Made by a program: the position numbers and the translations under genes
Part shown: positions 33,213-41,695 of the stretch, in pieces
How the letters are laid out: each line of letters opens with the position of its first letter
How positions within the stretch are numbered: position 1 is the first letter of the stretch
IMG/VR virus record: IMGVR_UViG_3300046492_000163
Location: 64,001 to 106,866 of that record
Direction: 5' to 3' (one strand)
Source of the DNA: a virus
Taxonomy: Duplodnaviria > Heunggongvirae > Uroviricota > Caudoviricetes
DNA length: 42,866 bases
The notes under the pieces: model-generated
What the model was told of the DNA's origin: nothing
The model's input: the letters and a program-made list of their open reading frames with translations, nothing else
Database searches by the model: none

Positions 33213-34706
33213 ATGGACGAAGATAACATCTCCCTTGCAACTGGGGACAATGAAGTTCCTACGATCACTATGGGAGAGATTGGCCGTTCAGGCTTAATCG
33301 TTCTGGGTGGTAACATTTTCGAAGAGTGCCAAGAAGAACTACGGTGGCCCCAAGCCGCTGATACTTACAAAGAGATGTCGAAAGACGCCTCTATTGCCGC
33401 TGCACTCGATTATGTAGACAACAAAGTTGCAACAGCCCTTTGGGATGTAAAGATCCCTGAAGGCTATGACGATAAGCTCAAGACGCATGCAATCTTCCTG
33501 AAGCAATGCATGAACGACATGGAGCACACCTGGACCGACTTCATTAAGCAAGCCGCTTCTTTTGGTCGCTTCGGTTTTGCCCCTGTCGAGAAAGTATACC
33601 GCTACAGAGAGAAAGCCAAAGGCAGCAAGTACAACGACCTGCTGATTGCACCCCGCAAGTTAGTTCTTCGCTCTCAGGACTCTATTGATAGATTCCGCTG
33701 GGGAGCAACTGGCAAAGACTTAGCCGGTTTCTACCAGAACATCTGGAGCATGAACAACAACCTTCAGAACGCTGAAGGCTGGGGTTACTTTGATTCTCCC
33801 CGTGAACTCTCCCAGAAGTTTATCCCGCGTAAAAAGTTTCTCCTGTTCCGGCACAACCCGCAGAAGGATTCCCCAACCGGGACCAGTCCTCTCGCCTCCG
33901 TGTGGCAAGCCTGGAAGATGAAGACAGCGTACCAAGAGGCAGAAGCCCTCGGTGCTGCTCAAGACGCTAACGCATTCAAGATCCTGTTCCTGCCGCCAGA
34001 GTACCTGGTGCAAGACGCAGACGACGATAAGAAAGAGTCGTTGAAGATGTTCCAGAAGGCTCTGATCAATGCCCACCAGGCACGAGAGTCCGGAATCATC
34101 TTGCCCTTCGTTACAGATGAAAAGGGCAACAAGATGTTCGACTTCGATATTAAGAATATCGGGGGCACATCGCGTTATGACACTGACAAGATTATCGCTC
34201 GTTACAACCAAGAGATTCTAGTTGGTCTATTCGCTGACGTACTTGCCCTCGGGTCAGGTGGCGGTGGTGGTAGTTACTCCCTCTCAGAATCAAAACTTTC
34301 AGTGATCGATCTTGCCGTGACAGCCCGTCTCGATGAGATTCGTAATCAAATCAACCACGATCTAGTTCGCCAAATCTTCGAACTTAATGGTTGGGACACT
34401 GAAGTCATGCCGTACTTCGAGTACCGGCTACCAGAAGCTGTAGACCTAGAAGAACTTGGCAAGTTTATCCAACGTGTAAAAGCGGTTGGCATGCTGCCTG
34501 TTACTCCGAAAGTTGTGAACTGGGTACTGAAACTTGCAGACATCCCTTACCAAGTTGATGAGAACGCTACGACTGAAGAACTTCTGAAGTTGATGGGCGA
34601 TCCTGAAACACGGGCAGGCGATGGCATGAAAGAAGGCCTAAGTAACGGTACTGGATCTGGAACTGGTGGTGGCGATAAGAGCACTGGAAATAAGGAAAAC
34701 GCTTAG
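33213..34706 (+). CDS. Portal protein
   Basis: 497 aa directly after terL; GFAPVEKVY, HNPQKDSPTG...L, IRNQINHDLVRQIFELNGW. Confidence 0.88.
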   Translation: MDEDNISLATGDNEVPTITMGEIGRSGLIVLGGNIFEECQEELRWPQAADTYKEMSKDASIAAALDYVDNKVATALWDVKIPEGYDDKLKTHAIFLKQCMNDMEHTWTDFIKQAASFGRFGFAPVEKVYRYREKAKGSKYNDLLIAPRKLVLRSQDSIDRFRWGATGKDLAGFYQNIWSMNNNLQNAEGWGYFDSPRELSQKFIPRKKFLLFRHNPQKDSPTGTSPLASVWQAWKMKTAYQEAEALGAAQDANAFKILFLPPEYLVQDADDDKKESLKMFQKALINAHQARESGIILPFVTDEKGNKMFDFDIKNIGGTSRYDTDKIIARYNQEILVGLFADVLALGSGGGGGSYSLSESKLSVIDLAVTARLDEIRNQINHDLVRQIFELNGWDTEVMPYFEYRLPEAVDLEELGKFIQRVKAVGMLPVTPKVVNWVLKLADIPYQVDENATTEELLKLMGDPETRAGDGMKEGLSNGTGSGTGGGDKSTGNKENA

Positions 34707-36098
34707 ATGGCTCACACCCTATTTAGACTCAGGGAGAAGTTGGTAAATACTCCCCTGCTGGTAGACACAGAGACATTCAGCTCTGTTGTGTCCTACCTGA
34801 ATACTCGCAACGACGGTGATGTAACAGTCACCCCAGTTGCACGTAGTGGAGATGACGACGGCGGTTATTCCCGCGTCCTCTACAACGAAGATACCCAGAC
34901 CGCCGTTATGCACATTGAAGGCCCGCTGACTTATCGTCCGGTAACTTTCATGGGCTTTGACTGTGGCGGAACAAACTACACCCAACTTAAAGAAGACGTT
35001 GAGTCTGCCATTGAGATGGGTGCCAAGACAATCGCCTGGATGGTTGATAGTGGCGGCGGTGAAGCTCACCAGATGTCTGACTCAGCGAAGTACATTCGCA
35101 AGTTACTAGACGACAACGGAGTTCGCCTGCTGGCTTATGTAGATGGCCGCTCGGCCTCTGCCGCATATGGCCTTACCGCTATCGCTGACGAAGTAATCGG
35201 CTCACGAGATTCAGAGTTCGGAAGTATTGGTGTGCTGGTTCAGCTAATCAATGATTCAGAAGCCCTGAAGAAAGATGGCTATGAACGCACTTTCATTACT
35301 GCCGGGGAAGACAAGATTCCCTTTGCGGAAGATGGCTCGTGGCGTGAGGGCTTCCTGGCTGATCTACAAAAGAAAGTCGATGTTTGCTATGCAGACTTTA
35401 CTGAGCATGTTGCCGCAAGTCGGGGCATCTCAGTTGAAGCAGTTAGATCCACTCAAGCCCGAATGTTCTTTGCATCAGAAGCTGTTGAGTTGGGACTTGC
35501 TGACCAAGTAATGACTCCTGAACAGTTCTATTCCTATCTGGCTGATACAGCCCAAACCAACATGAGTGGAGACACTGTGTCGAAATCTCGCATCTTTAAA
35601 TTCCTGTCCTCTGAGGATGACTCTATGCAACTTGCTGAACTACAAGCTCAACTAACTGAGCTTACAACCAAACTTACCGCTTCAGAAGAAAGCTACACAT
35701 CAGCCATGCGTAACTTAGTAGAAGTTAATGAACTTCTTACTGCTGAACTAGCAAAGAATGACACCCTGGCTGAAGCCCTTGCATCTGTAGAAGGCGAACT
35801 AACTTCGCTGAAAGCAGAGAAAGCTGAAGCTGCTCTGGCTGCTCGTAAAACTTCACTGTCGGCTGTAGTAGCTGCTGATCGTGTTGACGGCCTGATGACT
35901 AACCTTGCTGCCCTCGATGACGCAACTTTCCAAGCTGTAGTTGATGGCTTCGCACAAACCAAACTAACCGTAGAACAGTCCGCACTGATGACTGAACTTG
36001 GTCAAGACGCAGAAGACCTCTCTGTGACAACCGATGCTGACGCTGATGCGGCAGACACTGCAACTCGTGCCGCCATCGCTCGCATGGCCCGCAAGTAA
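34707..36098 (+). CDS. Prohead protease (S49) fused to a coiled-coil scaffold
   Basis: VDSGGGE, SASAAYGL, FGSIGV; C-terminal heptad repeats. Confidence 0.9.
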   Translation: MAHTLFRLREKLVNTPLLVDTETFSSVVSYLNTRNDGDVTVTPVARSGDDDGGYSRVLYNEDTQTAVMHIEGPLTYRPVTFMGFDCGGTNYTQLKEDVESAIEMGAKTIAWMVDSGGGEAHQMSDSAKYIRKLLDDNGVRLLAYVDGRSASAAYGLTAIADEVIGSRDSEFGSIGVLVQLINDSEALKKDGYERTFITAGEDKIPFAEDGSWREGFLADLQKKVDVCYADFTEHVAASRGISVEAVRSTQARMFFASEAVELGLADQVMTPEQFYSYLADTAQTNMSGDTVSKSRIFKFLSSEDDSMQLAELQAQLTELTTKLTASEESYTSAMRNLVEVNELLTAELAKNDTLAEALASVEGELTSLKAEKAEAALAARKTSLSAVVAADRVDGLMTNLAALDDATFQAVVDGFAQTKLTVEQSALMTELGQDAEDLSVTTDADADAADTATRAAIARMARK

Positions 36099-36123
36099 TT
36101 AACCCAAACTCAAGGAAATAATA

Positions 36124-36576
36124 ATGCCTTTCCAAGCTATGCCTGTGCGTGACAAACGCCTTTCCGACCTAGTTGTATTCGAAGGTTTCGAACCAACAGT
36201 TGGTTATAACCGCCGCGACCTGAACGTTGTTCCACCAGCCGCTTCTGCTCCAGTCAAACTGGGGACTATCGTTTTCCGTGCTAAGTCAACTGACGAAACT
36301 GCACCGTTCACCGTAGTTGCTGCTGTAGGTGACATCGCTCTCACTAATGAATACGCAGTAATCATTGGCGATCACTTCGGCTACCAAACTTCGTTCGTTC
36401 CTGCCGCTGTTGTTGCTGGCAAGTACAACGCTATTGGTTACACAAGTGGTCCGATGAAAATCAAAGACTACCTGCCAAAACAAATCCACTCCGCTCTGAA
36501 CGCTACTCAGTTTGCTGCTCTGGCACAAGCTCTAGAGAAGCAGGGCATCGTTGTAGTTGATCACGTAATCGTTTGA
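36124..36576 (+). CDS. Head decoration protein
   Basis: Position between protease and capsid; RLSDLVVFE...ALEKQGIVV. Confidence 0.75.
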   Translation: MPFQAMPVRDKRLSDLVVFEGFEPTVGYNRRDLNVVPPAASAPVKLGTIVFRAKSTDETAPFTVVAAVGDIALTNEYAVIIGDHFGYQTSFVPAAVVAGKYNAIGYTSGPMKIKDYLPKQIHSALNATQFAALAQALEKQGIVVVDHVIV

Positions 36577-36625
36577 TTACGTGTTTCATCCAACTAACTA
36601 ACACTTTAAGGATCAAGAGATTACT

Positions 36626-37711
36626 ATGGGTATTACTCTAAACCGCAACAACTTGGGTAAAGTTGTTGATCGTACAGACGTACTTATCGACGTACCGTAC
36701 ACAGCAGACATTACCGAAGCGCTGGGTATCTTCAGCGACTACTACAGCACTCAAAAGACTGTAGAAATCGTTCGTAAAACCAGCAACCAACAAATCATTG
36801 GCGATAGCAACTGGGAAAGTGGCCGTGGGCAAACCCTGACCGTTGAACCAGGCCGTGAGTACGTACAGGCTAAAATTCCGCACTTCGCAAGTTCGGATGG
36901 TATCTACCCGCACGATATCGACGGCGTTGTTGAAATCAACGACAGCGTTGAAATCATGAACCTGGCTCAGGTTGCTGATATCCGTGCAGAGAAGATGGTT
37001 ACTCTGAAAGACGCTCACAACCTAACTCAGGTTGCTGCTCGCTTCCAACTGCTGCGTGACGGTACAGTTTACGCTCCAAACAAAACCCTGCGTACTAGCT
37101 ACGGCGATACCATTAACTGGTACACCGAGTTCGGTGTAACTCGCCAGTCCATCGCAATGGACTTCGGGAACACTGTTGACCCGCGTGCTCAATCCCGCAC
37201 AGTTCTGAAGAACCTGCGTGCTGACCTGCGTGGTACTACTGGTGCTCTGCGTGGCGTAGTTGCTCTTTGCGGCAGCGAGTTCTTTACTAAGGTAATTATG
37301 AACCCGTATGTAACAGAGATGCTTAAATCGCTGCCAACTTCGCAGTCGCTGGCAACTCTGCTGGGTGTTAACGCTGATGATCCGCGCTTTGCTGGTCTGA
37401 ACGAACGCTTCCCAAGCATCAGCCTGTTCGGCATCACCTACGTTGACGTGGGTGTATCTGGTTACGACGTGGGCAACTCGTTTGTTCCATTCGTTGCTGA
37501 CGCCGAGGCGATTCTTCTGCCAGTTGGTCTGACTAACCTGGCTAAGACTTACTACGCACCAGCTAACCGCTTCAGCTCGGTTAACAAGAAGTCGCAAGGC
37601 TCTTACTGGTTCGAAACAGCTTCCGATCAGAAGATTGCCATCGATACAGAACAGAACTTCATGAACGCACTGCTGTGGCCTGCGGCTGTGAAGACGCTGA
37701 CTCTGGCGTAA
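36626..37711 (+). CDS. Major capsid protein (lambda E-like)
   Basis: 361 aa; KIPHFASSDGI, VALCGSEFF, TYYAPAN; followed by a terminator. Confidence 0.88.
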   Translation: MGITLNRNNLGKVVDRTDVLIDVPYTADITEALGIFSDYYSTQKTVEIVRKTSNQQIIGDSNWESGRGQTLTVEPGREYVQAKIPHFASSDGIYPHDIDGVVEINDSVEIMNLAQVADIRAEKMVTLKDAHNLTQVAARFQLLRDGTVYAPNKTLRTSYGDTINWYTEFGVTRQSIAMDFGNTVDPRAQSRTVLKNLRADLRGTTGALRGVVALCGSEFFTKVIMNPYVTEMLKSLPTSQSLATLLGVNADDPRFAGLNERFPSISLFGITYVDVGVSGYDVGNSFVPFVADAEAILLPVGLTNLAKTYYAPANRFSSVNKKSQGSYWFETASDQKIAIDTEQNFMNALLWPAAVKTLTLA

Positions 37712-37718
37712 TTGAACT

Positions 37719-37744
37719 GGGGCGGCTTGTCCGCCCCTTTCTTC
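37719..37744 (+). terminator. Intrinsic terminator after the capsid gene
   Basis: GGGGCGG-CTTGT-CCGCCCC-TTTCTT. Confidence 0.8.
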
Positions 37745-37760
37745 CTTCTAGGAGACGTAA

Positions 37761-37967
37761 ATGAATATTGCAAACCTGCCGATCAAGAATGGTTGGATCT
37801 TCGCACTTCGCGAACTTGCCAAACAACTTCCGGACCCTGTGACTGTTGCTGCACTGACGCCTGTTACTGCACCTAACGCAACAGACGCGACAACTGCCGC
37901 AACCCTCGCTAACGCAAACAAAGTTGCTATCAACGCAATTATCGCTGCTCTGAAAGATTTGACGTAA
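37761..37967 (+). CDS. Small Ala/Thr-rich structural protein (head-fibre-like)
   Basis: AGGAG SD; APNATDATTAATLANANKVAINAIIAALK. Confidence 0.7.
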   Translation: MNIANLPIKNGWIFALRELAKQLPDPVTVAALTPVTAPNATDATTAATLANANKVAINAIIAALKDLT

Positions 37968-37976
37968 GGAAAAACT

Positions 37977-38615
37977 ATGGCGTATCAACTCCCGAACGGA
38001 TCTACCTTCGATTTTGCGAGTGTGTATACGCCGTACTACACCATTACGGCGATCACTCGGGCTGCAAACGCAGTATGTACAGCCGCTGGTCACACACTAA
38101 CAGTCAACCAAATCGTCATGATTAAGTCTGGCTGGTGGGACCTGGATGGCCGTGCCTTCAGAGTGTCCGCAGTTTCCGGCAGTACATTCACACTGTCCGG
38201 TGCTGACACGACAGATACAAAGCGGAACGCTGGCACAGCCTACGGCACAGTCCGTGGCGTGACCACCTGGGTACAAGTGCCCCAGATACTCAGCCTCAAC
38301 CTCTCCGGTGGAGAGCAGCAGTACACCACATTCAGCCCCTCCCGTTCTGGGAAAGAAGTTAGTCGCCCCACTACAAAGAGTGCAGCGACCATGACTATCG
38401 AAGTGGCGGATGACAAATCTCTTCCCCTGTTTTCCACAATTGAACTTGCTGCGGAAACAGAGGACATCCAGGTGCAACGCCTGACACTGATTAACCAAGA
38501 CTTCATCTTGTACGCAAGTCTGGCCTCTATGACTAAGACGCCGAAGATGCAGCGTGATCAGTTAATGACAAGAACAATTACCCTGGCTCTCCAGGGCGAC
38601 AACACTCGCTACTAA
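37977..38615 (+). CDS. Tail-tube-protein paralogue 1
   Basis: MAYQLPNGSTFDFA...WVQVPQILSLNLSGGEQQY...RDQLMTRTITLALQ, clearly homologous to 40297-40938. Confidence 0.8.
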   Translation: MAYQLPNGSTFDFASVYTPYYTITAITRAANAVCTAAGHTLTVNQIVMIKSGWWDLDGRAFRVSAVSGSTFTLSGADTTDTKRNAGTAYGTVRGVTTWVQVPQILSLNLSGGEQQYTTFSPSRSGKEVSRPTTKSAATMTIEVADDKSLPLFSTIELAAETEDIQVQRLTLINQDFILYASLASMTKTPKMQRDQLMTRTITLALQGDNTRY

Positions 38616-38621
38616 GGATGC

Positions 38622-39059
38622 ATGATGGCTTTAACTACTCAAGCAAAAATCGCCTTCATCAAACTTCGTATTGGTGATGTCCCAACTAACCCAATCTACC
38701 CAATGTTCTCTGAAGAAGATTACGCAATGGTGCTCGACACTGTTAGTGGGGATGTCGATAAAGCAACTCGCATTATGGCTATTAGTGCCACGATGACTAT
38801 TGGCTCTATTGCCACTCGGGAAGTGATTGGTGACTTAACGATTGAAAACACTTTCGCTCCGAACTATCTCAAAGCGATGGACTACCTGATCAATGATCCG
38901 GTGGCCCGTATTCCAGCGAACCTGATGCCATGGGTAGCAGGCCTGGATAGCAAGCCTACGAAGTTGGAACAAGCCGCAGACCTCTCATGTGAACGCTGTA
39001 GCGGAGACACATTTAGTAGTTATCTCGGCTCCACCTTCCGCTGTTCCTGCGGGAGCTGA
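38622..39059 (+). CDS. Head-tail adaptor (probable)
   Basis: Position; IKLRIGDV...MFSEEDY pattern. Confidence 0.65.
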   Translation: MMALTTQAKIAFIKLRIGDVPTNPIYPMFSEEDYAMVLDTVSGDVDKATRIMAISATMTIGSIATREVIGDLTIENTFAPNYLKAMDYLINDPVARIPANLMPWVAGLDSKPTKLEQAADLSCERCSGDTFSSYLGSTFRCSCGS

Positions 39060-39061
39060 CT

Positions 39062-39451
39062 ATGGCAGATATGTTCGACCGCCTGCGTGCGATGACTATC
39101 CGGCAACTTCAGCCCCGCTCTAGCGGTGGTAAAGGCCAAGCTGGTGTGTTGGTGCGGAAAGAGTACCGATACAACCCTGACACCGATATGAACGATGTTA
39201 TCAACTCCAGCTACGACATCTCAGGACTACGAGCCACCTATGCCCTTCGGCATTTAGACGGTGAGCTTATCCGGATGAGCGATGTGAAGTTCTATCTCTG
39301 CCCGGTGTTGCTCAATGGCAACGATTGCCCCACGCCTCTAACTACTGACCAGATTCAGATCGATGGAAAGACGTACACCGTCTTGAACGTCACCACCTGG
39401 AACAACTCAGGGGTTGATTGCGGCTGGCAACTCCAGTTGAGGACAGGGTAA
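39062..39451 (+). CDS. Head closure/stopper protein (probable)
   Basis: Position; LIRMSDVKFYL, DQIQIDGKTYTV, WQLQLR. Confidence 0.7.
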   Translation: MADMFDRLRAMTIRQLQPRSSGGKGQAGVLVRKEYRYNPDTDMNDVINSSYDISGLRATYALRHLDGELIRMSDVKFYLCPVLLNGNDCPTPLTTDQIQIDGKTYTVLNVTTWNNSGVDCGWQLQLRTG

Positions 39452-39870
39452 TGAAGACAGACTTAAAGAGCTTCAGCTTGCAACTTGAAGGCTTCGCAAA
39501 GGCCGCAGAAGACGCTATGACAAACACAATGCGAGAGATCGTAGTGGAAGTAGGGTCTTGCCTCATCAAGTTCTCTCCGGTGCTCACAGGCCGCTTCAAA
39601 GGCAACTGGCAAATGACTGTTGGGGTTCCATCAGCACAGAGTCTCGTTACTCCTGATGAAGATGGTGCCGAAACACTCGCTCGCTTGAAGGCTATAGCGG
39701 CAACGCTGAGTCCCGGCGAAGTTGGCTGGATTGTTAACAACCTAACTTACGGTAAGAACGTCGAGTTCACCGGGTGGAATAAGACTCCTGCGTATCAGCC
39801 TGTTAAGCGTGCTCTATCCGAGTTCGATGTGCTTGCTGCGGAAGCTATTGCAAGGAACAGGGTGGGTTAA
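39451..39870 (+). CDS. HK97 gp10-like tail completion protein
   Basis: SPVLTGRFKGNWQ, IVNNLTYGKNVE; TAATG coupling places the start at 39451. Confidence 0.8.
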   Translation: MKTDLKSFSLQLEGFAKAAEDAMTNTMREIVVEVGSCLIKFSPVLTGRFKGNWQMTVGVPSAQSLVTPDEDGAETLARLKAIAATLSPGEVGWIVNNLTYGKNVEFTGWNKTPAYQPVKRALSEFDVLAAEAIARNRVG

Positions 39871-40283
39871 TGAGTGACAGTAAGATTCGCAAAGCATTTA
39901 ACGACATTGTTCGTGGGTATGGCACTTCTAAGGGGTTGCAAGTAATTCTGGAAAACGGAGTTGCTACACCAGCACTTAATCAACCGTATCTAAAAACAAC
40001 TCTCGGCCCAGCTACTCCACGGGCCAGCACTTTAGCAGGCGACGGCAAGACATACCTGGGGGTTTTTCAGATCCTCGTAGTTGTCCCGGCTGGAGAAGGA
40101 ACTGGGCGAGTTACAACCATCATTGATGAGTTGCAAGAACTCTTCCCACTCTTCGGGCGAGTAAGTTACGACACAAATAAGAAAGTCGTGATCATGACCC
40201 CAGTACAAACATTTATGGGTGACACGGAAGGCGGTGCCTATTCCACCCCAATCTCCTTTAACTACCGCTCAGATATAAACTAA
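39870..40283 (+). CDS. Tail terminator protein (probable)
   Basis: YLGVFQILVVVPAGEG...ELQELFP, PISFNYR; directly before the tail tube gene. Confidence 0.75.
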   Translation: MSDSKIRKAFNDIVRGYGTSKGLQVILENGVATPALNQPYLKTTLGPATPRASTLAGDGKTYLGVFQILVVVPAGEGTGRVTTIIDELQELFPLFGRVSYDTNKKVVIMTPVQTFMGDTEGGAYSTPISFNYRSDIN

Positions 40284-40296
40284 GAGGAAATACCCC

Positions 40297-40938
40297 ATGG
40301 CATACGCTTTGCCTAACGGAAGCACATTCGAAATCGCAAGTGCTCTCGCTGCTTCAAAAACCGTTACCGTTGCTACTAACGCTAGCCCACCGCTTTTGAC
40401 TTCCACTGCTCACGGCCTAGTTACTGGCGACTATATCGTCCTGACTTCCGGTTGGGGCAAACTGAACAACCGTGTTTTCCGTATCACAATCGGTACTGCG
40501 AACGACTTCACCCTACAAGGTGTTGATACTACTTCGACCACTGTATACCCAGCAGGCCAGGGTATTGGTAGTTTCAAGAAAATCACTACTTGGGTTCCAA
40601 TCTCTCAGATTACCGAAGTATCGTTCTCTGGTGGTGAGCAACAGTTCCTTACCTTCGCCTTCCTGGAAGACGCGGATGAGAAACAAATGCCAACTTCCAA
40701 GTCGGCTATCTCGATGACACTGACTGTGGCGGATGACCCATCTCTACCATACGTGACAGTAGTTGAAGCGGCTGACGTTGATCTACAACCACGCCCACTG
40801 AAGTTGAACCTCGCTACCGGCGCTGTAATGGCCTACAACGCGATTGTAAGTATCACCTCAACTCCAACTGTTACTCGTGACGAACTGATGACTCGCTCTA
40901 TTAGCCTGTCGCTGCAATCACGTCCAACACGCATCTAA
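40297..40938 (+). CDS. Major tail tube protein (paralogue 2, canonical position)
   Basis: MAYALPNGSTFEIA...WVPISQITEVSFSGGEQQF; between the terminator and chaperone genes. Confidence 0.88.
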   Translation: MAYALPNGSTFEIASALAASKTVTVATNASPPLLTSTAHGLVTGDYIVLTSGWGKLNNRVFRITIGTANDFTLQGVDTTSTTVYPAGQGIGSFKKITTWVPISQITEVSFSGGEQQFLTFAFLEDADEKQMPTSKSAISMTLTVADDPSLPYVTVVEAADVDLQPRPLKLNLATGAVMAYNAIVSITSTPTVTRDELMTRSISLSLQSRPTRI

Positions 40939-40945
40939 CGATGTA

Positions 40946-40970
40946 GCCGCCCTTCGGGGCGGCATTCTAT
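40946..40970 (+). terminator. Intrinsic terminator-like hairpin after the tail tube gene
   Basis: GCCGCCC-TTCG-GGGCGGC-ATTCTAT. Confidence 0.7.
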
Positions 40971-40988
40971 TAAGCAAGGAGCTATACA

Positions 40989-41366
40989 ATGGCGAAGTTT
41001 CAAATCGCACAGAATCCAACTTTCACTGCTGATGTAAGCATTCCGCGTATCGGTGGTGATCCAATTGATGTGAAGTTCACTTATCGCATTCTTTCTCGTA
41101 AACAGCTCGCTGCTATGTACGATAAATGGAGCGATGCGGCTAGATCGTTTGACCTAGACGCCGAGACAATCACATTCAGTTCTCTGGCTGAAGCGGATAT
41201 CGAATCCCAGCGTCAGCAGATCAAAGATATTGTAATTGGTTGGGGCTTCGAAGATGAGTTCAATGATGAAAACATTGATGCTCTCTGCGATACATGCACC
41301 CAAGCAGCACAGGCAATTGTTGAAGCGTACCGTAAAGAGTATGCTGAGGCTCGCCTAAAAAACTAA
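40989..41366 (+). CDS. Tail assembly chaperone (G-like)
   Basis: NPTFTADVSIP, IVIGWGFEDEFNDENI, ends ARLKN*. Confidence 0.85.
   Translation: MAKFQIAQNPTFTADVSIPRIGGDPIDVKFTYRILSRKQLAAMYDKWSDAARSFDLDAETITFSSLAEADIESQRQQIKDIVIGWGFEDEFNDENIDALCDTCTQAAQAIVEAYRKEYAEARLKN
41357..41363 (+). other. -1 programmed ribosomal frameshift slippery site A AAA AAC
   Basis: CTA AAA AAC TAA; the -1 frame is open through to the 41414 ORF (LKKLKSAARALYDSAPDASKMAAW). Confidence 0.8.
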
Positions 41367-41413
41367 AAAGCGCCGCCCGTGCGCTTTATGACTCGGCCCC
41401 AGACGCTTCTAAG

Positions 41414-41683
41414 ATGGCGGCCTGGGGCTTTTCTTTTGGGGATCTATTAGAGGAAGAGATTGAGATTTGGCCTGATGTATGGCCGGGGTTCAGTCTGTTT
41501 GAGGCTATATCCACCCAATGGAGAGTCGGCACTGGCGGCGCTATCGGCCTGGACTACAACACTCTGCCAATCGTGGCGAAGTATATGGAGATGCCAGATG
41601 AATACATGCCCTTGGCGTTCAACGACGTTCGAACTATGGAGTCCGAAGTATTGAGGAAGATGGCTGAGGGAAGAGAGAAGTAA
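41414..41683 (+). CDS. Tail assembly chaperone C-terminal part (T-like, DUF1799-type)
   Basis: IEIWPDVWPGFSLFEAISTQWRVG..GAIGLDY, VRTMESEVL. Confidence 0.82.
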   Translation: MAAWGFSFGDLLEEEIEIWPDVWPGFSLFEAISTQWRVGTGGAIGLDYNTLPIVAKYMEMPDEYMPLAFNDVRTMESEVLRKMAEGREK

Positions 41684-41695
41684 CCTGGAGACGCG

